A stretch of 62,789 nucleotides of DNA, the filler included, from Choristocarpus tenellus KU-1152 (taxonomy: Eukaryota > Protista > Phaeophyceae): assembly GCA_964200185.2 (NCBI GenBank). It is 11 parts of 11 records of this genome, joined end to end, with 100 filler letters (N's around TTAATTAATTAA, not from the genome) between each part and the next. Parts side by side here need not be neighbours in the genome. Positions count along the whole stretch, not along the records: positions 10,367 to 13,336 come from CAXNAD020023275.1; positions 13,437 to 17,090 come from CAXNAD020018699.1; positions 17,191 to 20,189 come from CAXNAD020023035.1; positions 20,290 to 24,963 come from CAXNAD020013511.1; 7 more parts are not named here. One strand, given 5' to 3'. The notes under the pieces are model-generated. The model was not told where the DNA came from. It searched no databases and saw nothing but the letters and a program-made list of their open reading frames with translations. The position numbers and the translations under genes are program-made. Shown piece by piece: positions 12,762-23,985 of this stretch; position 1 is the first letter of the stretch; each line of letters opens with the position of its first letter.

Positions 12762-13023
12762 GAGTAGAATCAAACCAATTGAGAGGTAGGCAGGTTTGGA
12801 CCCTTTTGCATTCTAGTCCACCTTCCTTACCCTGTATAATACTCTATTTCATTGCTTTATGTGCACAATAGTGTACGCAAAATTGAGATCCCCCCTTTCA
12901 ACACACAAAGTGAGACCACAACTCGGCAAAGGCTCTTTCTGCAGTTGTTCAAAATGGCATATTTTCGCCCTTTCTCGGGATCCTAAAAATGCAACCCTGC
13001 CTACCTCTCTGTTGATTCGACTC
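12762..13023. mobile_element. MITE family C (GAG...CTC termini, ~30-bp imperfect TIR)
   Basis: Left end GAGTAGAATCAAACCAATTGAGAGGTAGGGCAGGTT versus reverse complement of right end GAGTCGAATCAACAGAGAGGTAGGCAGGGTT. Confidence 0.6.
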
Positions 13024-13167
13024 ATCAGTGTGACCTATGCATAACATTAGTACAATTTACTCCTCCACTATACATTTATGGGTTTGTGGGCGAGAGGATG
13101 CCTCCGTTAGCCATAGTGATTTTTTATTTTGCCTTGTGTCTTGCGTATGGTATGTGGCAGGAACATT

Positions 13168-13336
13168 GGCTCAAAGCATCTGGGGGAGGTGGCGGCTGTC
13201 CATTCGGGGCCCATTTTCCATGTCGCAATTGTTGGGTGATTTGGTCGCATGTGACGGATGGAAAATCTAGGTTCACTTCACCTTCTCAGGTCCCGAATGG
13301 ACAAGCTTGTGTAGACCCCCCCCCCCCCCCCCCCCC
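13168..13336. mobile_element. MITE family A, near-complete, truncated at poly-C by contig end
   Basis: GGCTCAAAGCATCTGGGGGAGGTGGCGGCTGTCCATTCGGGG ... GAATGGAC...GTGTAGACCCCC; colinear with 44900-45074. Confidence 0.85.
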
Positions 13337-13553
13337 NNNNNNNNNNNNNNNNNNNNNNNNNNNNNNNNNNNNNNNNNNNNTTAATTAATTAANNNNNNNN
13401 NNNNNNNNNNNNNNNNNNNNNNNNNNNNNNNNNNNNGATCTATTAAATCCACCTCCCCCGCCCCCCCTTCATAAGAAGAAGAACACTAGATAACCCCTAT
13501 GTCAACAACATCATCATCATCATCATCATCATCATCCAACAAAGCCCTCTCAC

Positions 13554-16500
13554 CTTGAACCCCTAGAGGAAACCGACCTAGAAGACATGGTAGACCTCGT
13601 AGGGGAGACACTATTCCGTCTCTCCTTCCCCCCCCCAGCCCCCCTAGCAGACGAACCCCTTGAAGTGCTGGACATATTCCTGACCCTTTCTGCCCTCCCC
13701 ACCAAACCCGCTGGGGATGTCGAAACCCCCTCCAACATCTCCTCTCTTTCCTCTGACCTCCTGTTCTCCCTTCTTTCTTCCTCCAACGCCCTCCTTTCCG
13801 CCTCCAACTCCCTTCTCTCCTCCTCCTCCTCCCACTCAGCCCGTGCTATCGCAGCCATCCTCGCCTCTTCCGCCATCGCCAACACATCAACCCCTTCCCT
13901 ACCTCTAACCCCGGCACCATCTGAACCTCGACTATCATCCCCCCACGCAACCCCATGACCAAACCCACTCTCACCATCACTATCATCTGCCCCCCTACCC
14001 AATTCCATTTCCCCTGCCTCCTGAACCTTGACAACCTCCTCCTCCTGCCTGGCTTTACTACTTCCACCCCCACCCCCACTCTCACCCTTCCTATGCTTGT
14101 TTGCATTCACTCGGATCTCAACCTCATAGTCTGATTCATCCGAGCTCGTCTCAAACACCCCCACCTCCCCCATGTTTGCCAGTTCTGTGTCCCCTACGAC
14201 CACAGCTGCCACTATCGCTGCCGCTGTTGGGCTACGACGTGGCTCATACCAGGACCCCGACCGTCCCCACGACTTCTGCGCCTCTGTCAGGGCCGCAGGA
14301 CGTCGACTCTTGCCACCACCATTGCCTCTGGGCGTAGCTCTGGGCGTAGCTCTGGAGCCTCTAGGAGTGACTCCTTTAACCCTACCACTGTTACGTTTGC
14401 TGCTCAGAGCCCTCACGCTTCTTTCAGGCTCGGCCTGCGGCAAATCAGACACGCCTCCACCTCCATTGTCAACAGCGGCCCTCTGCGACATCACGTATTT
14501 CTCATGCGACGGGGCATTGTCACTGGGGGCCGGGGGCAGAGACTCCGAAACCTGTGACACATCTTCGCCATTGCCGCCAGCCTTATCTCCCTTCACCCCT
14601 ACAAGACGTAGGCGATGAGGCTCCATTCCAGAGCCCGAAGGCCGACGATTCGTCCCCCCTCTCCCTCCCCCCTTTGCATCCGTAGCACCAGCATGGGCAT
14701 CATCTGGCCTCAGCCCTCGTCCATTCGAGACCTTGAGACGACGGGGTCCCCTCTGTCGATCCCCGGACAGATCACTAGAGGTGGAGGACCCGTCTTTCAC
14801 GACTGGTGCAGGGATTGAAGACTTGGATTCGGTCCTACCGCTTGGACCATCACTGGTACTTTGGGGCACACGGCTCGTTTTGTCTGAAGGGGGCCCCTGG
14901 GCGCCAGCGGGAGCGGATACCTGCCCAGGGACCGGTCCTGTAGCATTGGGCAAAGTGGTTGGAACCTGTGTAATGCTCTGATGCTGTTTGTTATCACTAC
15001 CCTCATTCTTGATCCATGAGTTTGGAGCCTTGGTCTTAACTGCAACTGGTGTTGGGACCCCAGTGCCACCCTTCTGTCCGGCAGCCCAGACACCATTGAC
15101 CTTGACCCATGACGGCTTCATCGAAGGAACTGGGGGCGAGGACAGGACCTGGACTGGCACAGGATCTGAACCAGCACCAGTGTCAGGATGTACAATCTCC
15201 TTAGTGGAGGACGCGTCCAGTGCGAACTCTGGCTCAAGAGAATCCCAAGATAAATCATTCGGAACGGTATTCGAGGAGACCACCCTTTTTGTCTGCTCAA
15301 CAGGAAGAACACTCTGAGCGTTCTCCACTGTCGCAGGGGTTCCCTAAGAGGCAGTTAAATAGTGGCAGCCGGGTTGTGCACAGATGGGAGGAGGGTGTTG
15401 GACGGGGGCAAAGGTCAACTTCAACGTTCTCACCAGAACCACATTTTTGCGTGTGTGTCTTGAACGAACCATTATGCAATTCATTTCACTTTTTTCTCAC
15501 CAACTTCAAAAAAAACAAAACAACACAAAAAAAAATCATCCAGCCCAGCCCTAAAAAAAAAAAGGTATGATCTCCCCCTGCAGACAAAACCATAAAAACC
15601 AGCCTCCAACAACTTCACCATGCCATTCTACACAGCACAACACACACACACACAAATCAATAACTTGAAACGTCTTAACCTTTCCCACATCCCGCCTCCA
15701 TTAAGAGTCCAGTTCGATTTAAAAAAAAAAGAAGTGACCCTCCCATCCCAACATTTTCTCAGGGTTCACCTCACCTCCTTTCCACCCTCGGGCAAGATTA
15801 CGCCTACCAAGGTGTCCACCTTGGCATTCATCTCGTTGGCACTGCGGAGGTGTCTGTTGCCAATCGCCTGTTAGGTGTATGTGTAAAAAAAAATACCATC
15901 TGAGGGTTGGTAGGGGTTTTTTTCTTCTTGAAAAAAACGAGTAGCAACAATGGGCTATGAACCTTGCACAATACATACAGAAGATATGTGAAGTACAAAA
16001 AATAACAAAATAATACAAATTTATATATATATATTTATGTATGTGTTGTTCTCTGCAACACCCATCTCATGATCTCCCCTCTGCCAGGACAAGGATCAGT
16101 CAAATTCAACCCTATTCATAAAAACGTCTTGTGCTATATGTGACCATTGTCCAGGAAGAGATTGTTTCTAGCTCTGCAACAGTTAGGTGCATTACCAGCG
16201 TTACGCATTCCCTGGTTGCAAACAATGCAGAGGAGGTAGGTTGGCTCCAAGTCATAGGGTTAGGGTAAATTGTTGGACCACACTTGTAGGGTTAGGGTTA
16301 GGGATAGGTAGGGTTAGAGCAGTAGTCCTGAAGAATGCTTACTGCAGCTACAAAATTGGTCAAAATCAGGTCGCAAACAATAGCATGGAATTGATGTTTG
16401 AGGTTCGATAATCGTTCCAGTAGTTCATTTTGAGCACACTCCTGGTGGTCGCTACTCTGCTCTTGTAGTGGCTACATAGCACACTACAGAGCTTACTCCA

Positions 16501-16984
16501 TCATGTTTGTGATATACCCCCAAGTGAGAAGAACAAGGGTTCGAAAGAAGCATGCAGTTCAAAATGAGTTACTTCGAGCAGACGAGGCAACAAAGAAGCA
16601 CAGCAATAGAAGCCTGTGGTGCAGAGAATTGACTAGGAACATTCCTAGAATGATGCAACAACTGAGAGGAAGCTTCTCTGGTAGAGCTCTAGTTGAGAAG
16701 ATAGATGCATAAAAGAACAAATCAACTCCCCCCCTCCCTCCCCCCGCTAGTTATCCTCACTTCTGTAAACATAAACCCAAGAATTGATGATGAAGAATAT
16801 TGATAAAACATCCAAAGCAAACCATTTCTTTTGCCCCTTCTCCACTGCTCACAACAAACAATTCATCCATCCCAAGCCATCATACACCATCACCACCATA
16901 ACCTGTCACTTATCACCTGTATTAAGGCGCAACCATCCCACTCTGCAGCCTTTCTTGCCAAATCTTCTCCACCAGAACTGGCAC
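13554..16984 (-). CDS. Internal exons (16984-16917, 15867-15775, 15343-13554) of a large low-complexity Ser/Gly/Pro/Arg-rich protein with a Glu/Arg coiled coil; function unknown
   Basis: A ~1.8-kb uninterrupted exon plus two small upstream exons with GT-AG sites and matching phases (GASSGGEDLARKAAEWDGCALIQ / AIGNRHLRSANEMNAKVDTLVGVILPEGGKE / GTPATVENAQ...). Donor AG|GTGAGA at 13553. Confidence 0.75.
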
Positions 16985-17759
16985 CTAAAATGACATGCAA
17001 ACCACAAGAAGGCAATGGGAGCAGGGGGGGGGGGGAGGACATTACAAAAAGCACACTCTTGTACAATCACATAATAGCACCCTCTGCCATNNNNNNNNNN
17101 NNNNNNNNNNNNNNNNNNNNNNNNNNNNNNNNNNTTAATTAATTAANNNNNNNNNNNNNNNNNNNNNNNNNNNNNNNNNNNNNNNNNNNNTCCCCTCCTG
17201 TGTGTTGACAAAAAAACAGCATTGAGGGGGTAAGACAGGCTTGCAGAAAGAAAGTATCCCGCCAGCTAAATGCACAACAGAGGATATCTCCATCCATGTG
17301 AACTTTACCTCACATTCCACCTCCTCCACAAAGCCCCCAACAACCCAGTGAAACTAACATGGAGTGGAGCCAGCTCATTGATAAACACACAAGTACTTCA
17401 CTAACACAAAAACACTTGGATTGCAGTACAGAGTGTGCCAAGTCAAGCAGGAGATAGCTTTGATCGAGAGCATCATGTTCTTTGCTGCACCAACTCAGAT
17501 AATTGTGTGAAGGGCTGGCTGGTCAAATATTTCTAACTCCCTTGCTTTAAAAGGATCCAATCAAGTTACACCCTCATCACCACAGGACAAGTTGATAGAG
17601 AGTCAAACAGCATCAGCTTTAAAAAGGTGGCAAAAACTGGCACAGGAAAGATTTCTAACCCAGTACACAGAAGCAGCCCAGAGCATACCATAACCCTAAC
17701 TCAGCCCTAGCACTATCAACACCTTTTACAATAGCCTCATGGAACCAAATCACTCTGAC

Positions 17760-19592
17760 CTTGTCCTTGTGGCAACCCCATCCAAAGACCTTGCCAGACA
17801 AGCACACAGCGAGGGATTGGCAGTCTCCTGACGCTACTTGTACAACGATCTCCCCCTTTAGATCCCCCTCCACCTAACCATGAGAGACAGAAAAAAAAAT
17901 GAGGGCAAAAAGGGTTGGGTGCCAAGGATTATCAGGAAGTACCTGTCAAGGAGTTGTATAATTAATAGACACGGTGAAGAACTGAAAAAAAAGATGTCAA
18001 AACCAAAATGTTATCGCACCCTCTAAGGTTGCCTGTCAGCAGAATTGTTCAACAGCAGCAGTTAATACATACACCGCATGACCAATTCTTGCAACACACC
18101 ATGCAGCCTCCTCACATTGTGTAAAAGAGATGTCCATCCATTACAAATCCTATTTATCAGAGAAAAAGGCAAACATATCAATTTTCTGCACAGACTTATC
18201 ATTTGTGATCCATTCACATTACCAGCCTAAATTACCTATACAACAGTCCAAAACTCAACCTCTTGTCCTGGACTGGAAACTACAGCCATTGAAGACCAAA
18301 GTCAGTCGCAGTAGGATGGGGGGGGGTTCCAATGCTGTGCACAGCAGAAGACCTTGGGTACATGGGACTATTCCAGGTTTCAAGAACGTTCCCAATCATT
18401 TCTGAAATCAGCATATCTTGTTCCAGCGTATGTCCTTACAAGATAAGCTGCAATCATGACTAAACACACAAGCACATGTGCAAATCACAATATTGGGTAA
18501 AGACCAAATTAAACACTACAAAGGAAGATAGAGCAAAACATATGACTTGGCATGGTATTAATAATATATTCTAGTAACAATTAGAAACAAATTAATTAGA
18601 TCTCATATGAGAGCACAATCTGAATGTACCAGGGTACCCATCACAACATCTGACCCTGCAAGGCTCCATCAAACTCAATATCAATTGTCATCTAAAAAGA
18701 TCCTTGTAGAAATGCACAATCTTCACAACAGCTCCCGCTTCCCCCTCTCCAAATAAAATATCGCTGCAAGCCCTACCAGAGCAGGAAAGAGCTCATCTCC
18801 ATCCCTTCCCAAGGTCCCATCGTCACCAGCTCCCCAAGTAAAGACCCTTCCATCTGCAGTCAGGGCAGTATTGCAGATACCCCCACACGCCACCATAGTG
18901 ATCTGCAATTATGATGAAGTCACCACCACATTAAAATAAAATATACATTTATCAAAATTTTGGATAGTATAGAAACAAGAGGTGAGGGGAGGTTTGGTTG
19001 AGAGGTTGAACACAGCAAGGGGGGGGGGAAAGGGGGGTACGACATAGGAGGCAAGAATGCATGTGTCACTTCCATATGAAAAATGTGTGACCGCATCTGG
19101 GACTGAGAAAATAAATAGATACCATTCCACTGATAATCCTCTGCCACAATTACGACCTCGACAAATAGTCTTGACTTGCATTTGTACTGTACTCTGGTGA
19201 GGCTCAGAAATCAAGCAGACTAGGTGAACTACTGGAAGGGGTGTGCATGTGCAGCAGCAAGATCTGGAGGAATCAATCAGGGGCAGAGTGATGCCATAAA
19301 CCTGATCACCCAAGGTTGCACATTCTATCCAAAGCACATATGGAGGGAATGGGCATGGATTCTCCTCTCGGATAGTTCTCTAGAACTGAAAAGTCCAGTG
19401 TTGTGTAATATTATACGGTGGCACCAACAGACAACCTCCAACTCCAAATCCCAAGTCACTTCCCACAATTCAGAGACATCTGACCTCCTTCAGACTCAAC
19501 AACCCTTGTCTGACCTTCTCAGATTCAAGACCTGGCAATACCCGTGGCACTTTGATGTTCATATCTGCCACAGAGTCCATGCCAAAGCCCAG
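17760..19592 (-). CDS. RCC1: RCC1-repeat protein, probably RCC1 (RanGEF); internal exons 19592-19515, 18902-18777, 17873-17760
   Basis: Spliced phase-0 peptide LGFG...VPRVLPGLESEK-ITMVACGGICNTALTADGRVFTWGAGDDGTLGRDGDELFPAL-VEGDLKGEIVVQVASGDCQSLAVCLSGKVFGWGCHKDK. Classic RCC1 blades; orthology to RCC1 itself is inferred from the VVQVxxGD..GxVFxWGxxxD pattern. Confidence 0.8.
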
Positions 19593-20289
19593 CTGTGATA
19601 TGCAAAACAGTGGGCATGGTTAATTCGTCATCTTTACAGCCAAGCCAATTACCAATCAGGTAGAGCAAGCATCTACTCAGCATGACTTTGGGCAGCTGAG
19701 TGTGTGTGAGGGAGAGGGGGATATGCATTCAAGACATGTGCTGTAATTTTATCTCTTTAATTTGACAAATCTACCTATCGGAAAGTTTGTGCAACAATTG
19801 CTGTTCTGTGAAAGATTCTGCACCTCAAGCTTACCCTTCTGCACCTAGAACACAAGAACGAACCTCTTAAAGTGCAATTGTTAAATTTTCGATAACCTTA
19901 AGATTCATATAGCCAGAGGGGCTCACTCTACAGAATAAACTGCTGCCAATGGATACACAAGAAGGAAAATAAAGCCACCCAGCCATACTTCCCATGTGTG
20001 GGACCTGGTATATCTAACAAAATCATAAGGGAAAGACCATTTCCAGCACACAACAGCAAACTAGGTTGATCAATATGCAAGGTAAGATTACGAAGCCACT
20101 CTCATTGCTTCCAAAGATCAACATCTGCACATCCTCCTTGCCCCATGATCAGAGGGAACCATGCCATGTAGAAGGTGGGGAAGGGAGGGNNNNNNNNNNN
20201 NNNNNNNNNNNNNNNNNNNNNNNNNNNNNNNNNTTAATTAATTAANNNNNNNNNNNNNNNNNNNNNNNNNNNNNNNNNNNNNNNNNNNN

Positions 20290-20313
20290 CTACCTTCTAA
20301 GATACTTTGACTC
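20290..20313. mobile_element. MITE family B, terminal fragment at contig start (inserted in the Harbinger left end)
   Basis: CTACCTTCTAAGATACTTTGACTC matches the family B right terminus. Confidence 0.7.
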
Positions 20314-20520
20314 CAATTCTGTACCGCTTTTTTCGGGCATGCCCATGGATGAACAAAATCGGGGTACCTACTGTACAAAACCTTCCAATACCACCATCAC
20401 GCCACTCCACGGTAACGTCTAACCCTCGAAAGTCAATACCGATACAAGTTTCATGGAACACTGAATTGTGGCTTATCAGGCGGTCACGGGCATAGTCTTC
20501 GAGCTGAATGCTGCGGTGTC

Positions 20521-22027
20521 ATGCGTACTAAAGAGACTGAAGAAAAAGTGCGGTTCAAAGATGACGGCTGCTCATTTGAAGTCATACCGAGCGATTCCCA
20601 TCGCCTATGCGGCGAGGTCCGTGAAGGAATACGGAAGCACAGTTTAATGGAATTCGAGAGATGCCTTGGCAATGCAAAGATACATGGAAGTGGTGGTCCC
20701 TAGATTCTTGAAGTGGTTAGGAGAAGAAGTCCCAGACTTGACCCTCCCGACTCTTACAAAGGAAGTGTTGGAGCAGACAACTTTGGGAAGCGGGAAGAAG
20801 ACAACTTTGAAGACATTCTTAAGTGTGAACACTTCGATATGGTCCAGGTGGACTAAGGCGCAGAAGATTGTCACCAACTTGTACATCCCCCTCTGACTGT
20901 GACGTGAGTACGAAAGTAGATGTTGCTGAGCTCCTGCTGTATTGCATTTCACTTTGGTGGGATACGCACCTGAATCCATAATCACAACGCTCAATGGCGA
21001 GTATATTAATATACACACACCCAACACTTTTCTTGCTTCCCAGTCTTGTTCCTGGAGGAAAGTTGCGGTCTGGGGAACATGAGACGGACTGCCTGTAGAA
21101 GCTGTGCGACTTGTTGTGGGTATTGTGGGAGGAACAGGAGAAATCGAGGATTACTGGGAGTACCATCAACATTGTTCCAGGGGGGGAGGACGAAGGCGAA
21201 TCTCCAGCGGCGGCTAAGGCTACAGTGGTGGGGACTGGTTGAGGAGGTCCCACTTCCAGTCCTGCCAGCGCCACCCCAGAAAGGCCCAGCTACGAACTAC
21301 CCTCTCCTGGATCAGGGGGGAGAGACCTTTGCCTCAGGTTTCCCCTGTTCCTCCCCCTCCAAAAAAAATGCCAGATGATTGGGTCCCTCAATATCTTCTC
21401 CTGTTTGCAGTGCATGGACCCCCGTCCAACGTGTGCTCCAAGACTTTGACATGAGTATGAGTGAGGGACCCCCACAAGAAGGGTCCACATTCTATGACTT
21501 CAGCAGGGATGGGGGGTCAGTGGGGTCCTCTTCAATGGAGGGTGTGGAGGCAATGAGGAGGTTCAGGCTAGCAGCAAACCCAGGATCGAGGAGTCGACAG
21601 CAGTTACGGAGGGCTACTGAGGAGGACTTGAAGTTAGAAGCAGAGTCAAGGAAAAAAAGTAGGATGGACGACCACATTATTAGTTCCCTCATATCCACAT
21701 TGAGACATGAGGAGACATATAGAAATCATGGAAGAAAATGCTACTGCTACGGAAGATAGGAAGAAAAGGATGAAAGATAGGCGCAAATTTGGCGGAATGC
21801 TCAAGACCGCTAAGCAAGCTTGGCGGACTTTTGAGAAGAATGGTGATACTGTTCGGGCAGTGTTCTGTAGGAAACGATACGAGGAACTGGTGGCAGTGAG
21901 GCTGGACGAGAATATCAGTGGTGCTGGGTTGATGTTGAGAAGTGGTGGGACAGTGGTGAAGGGAAGGTTGATTTGCGGGCTTTGGAAACAAGCAGTGGCG
22001 AAGGGGGGGTTGACTTGCGGACTTTGA
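20521..22027 (+). pseudogene. Harbinger partner ORF (ORF2), frameshifted
   Basis: Chain of overlapping protein-like ORFs (20521-20703, 20666-20896, 21239-21454, 21379-21759, 21707-22027) inside the element, convergent on the transposase, ending in a charged coiled-coil-like region. Confidence 0.55.
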
Positions 22028-22813
22028 GGACAGGCAGCAGTAGTGAGGGGATAGACTTGAGGAATCAGTTGTGACAACACCGCTGTCAGTGTAGTGCCAT
22101 GCACGTATGGGTACCATCGTCACATTGGACGGCATTGGCAAATCTTGGTTTAAATTTGAGGTAATTATTATTAATGGAATTTATTTTTGTATCAAGTCCT
22201 CTTATCTTGAGCTTCTGATGCATAACCAAAAAAGCTGTCAACCCTGACCTTGTATCATGACCTCAAGCAAGGTTAAAGTAACGATGGTGATCCCAGCACT
22301 CTTCAGAAGGCTGGTTAGGTATAATATTGTCCCCTACTCAGAACGAAGTAAGCTGCTCTTGTCCATGAGGACAATCTTTTCCTAAATACATTGTCAACAA
22401 CCAGTGGCAATTAGTTTTTCCTTTTGACTGTTGACTCTCAACCACTCTCTACATTCTACTGACAAATGACGTTTTGTCCTGTATTACGTCTTCCTACCTC
22501 CTTTTGTATGTACTTTACAAAAATAAAATACCAATTGCACCTTTCACTATCACATAAAGTGTCAATAGCGGAAAATGCAAAGCACTGTTCGACAAGAAAG
22601 ATCCCATCATCAGGATCTCATCCAAACAACCTCTCTGTTTTCTTCCTTGTACTTATAGTGTGCTATAAGCCAATTCCTAAGCTCATCAGATCCCATCTCC
22701 CTCTCCACATACTCTTCAGACCCCCCTCCCCCCTAGTCCCTTGGTATGCCCATCCGTGTGAAATCTGTTTAAGGGTCACTGTAGAAGGCATCATGCAAAC
22801 CAACATCCCCTGT

Positions 22814-23985
22814 CTAATCAGTGTTGCCCTCCAACTCTCCAAGGCCATCATATGAATGAAGCATATTTTGCAATATGCAGCAAGTGAAGAATATGTTGTC
22901 TATCTTCTTCCTTTCCGAATATAGTAATGGTAGCTTGAGGATTCTGAAGTTGCCCTTGACTCTGCCAATAAAGCACTCGATATCCTTGCGTACACTCTCC
23001 ACTCGTTCGCTCCACCATGCCTGTGCCTGTGTGACAAATGCCCTCAGGGGGCATATTGTGCACCTCCACTGCAAATGCAAAGATAGGGTTGGGCAAAGGA
23101 ATGTTGACTTGCTAGTTTGATGAGCACTCATTTTCACAGGAGCTAACACTAACATAGGCATGGCCATACAGTCACATTTTTCCTGTCACCTTACGGTAGC
23201 CCCCATCGACAGGGACATAGGCCCCTTTCTCGGTGTAACAGTTCCCGACGGAGTCCTTGACGTTGTACTCCAGCTGTCTGTATGTGGGGTCATTCCTAAG
23301 TTTCTGGATAGCACCATAATATCGAATGATTGTCTTGCCGTTTTGGCTCCAGGAAACCCAGACGTCACTCCCTGTGCAAATCCAGTATGGTCAATGGTCA
23401 CTTCATAGGCAACCGTCGCGTAACCCTCCTTACTGATGTAATACGGGGCATCACTAATGGGCGCCCTCTCCCACCGCACATGTGTCACATAAGTGGAACC
23501 CACAGCACCAGGAAAACCCACAGCTCCATACATGCGTATGACCTTCCCCAAATCTTCGCCCTTTGGTAGATGAGTGAAAGTATCTTAGAGGGTACGAGTT
23601 TTGCCACGTTTGTTCATTTGGGGCTTGGCTTCCCATGGGCTTTTTATAACATTTTCCTTCTCCATAATGTATCGGAGTGGGTAAAATGAGTATGTTATTA
23701 AAAGGTGTGTCCAGAACATCGACATTGACACTTCCTAACACACACAATAGCCAAAATTACATCAAAAATTGCAACATTGGACTTTGGCCCCCAAATGGAC
23801 GCGGCTGTACCCTCTAAGATACTTTGGCTCAGATAAATCCACTTAGAGTACATGTCACGCTCAAAACACTCACAGAACGGTGAAACGTGGTTTGTGCTGT
23901 GCTCTCAGATATACCGGAAAGTTGCTCAATATCATCAAAGCAGTTTCACCTGGCGAGGATTTGGAGGACCGATAGCACCTGCAGG
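22814..23985 (-). pseudogene. PIF/Harbinger DDE transposase pseudogene (intron 23189-23069; MITE insertion 23572-23830)
   Basis: VLSVLQILAR*NCFDDIEQLSGIS..., GFPGAVGSTYVTHVRWE (catalytic D replaced by Y), SKEGYATVAYEV, VDGGYRK|W, ESVRKDIECFIGRVKGNFRIL, CCILQNML. Confidence 0.9.
23572..23830. mobile_element. MITE family B, complete (259 bp), 4-bp TSD AGAT
   Basis: GAGTGAAAGTATCTTAGAGGGT...ACCCTCTAAGATACTTTGGCTC flanked by AGAT/AGAT. Removal restores transposase WIYLPKGEDLGK. Confidence 0.92.

Noticed and set aside
13587-15317. Plus-strand ORFs overlapping the long exon (likewise minus-strand ORFs within 48567-50718)
   Set aside because: Antisense shadows of GC-rich coding exons.
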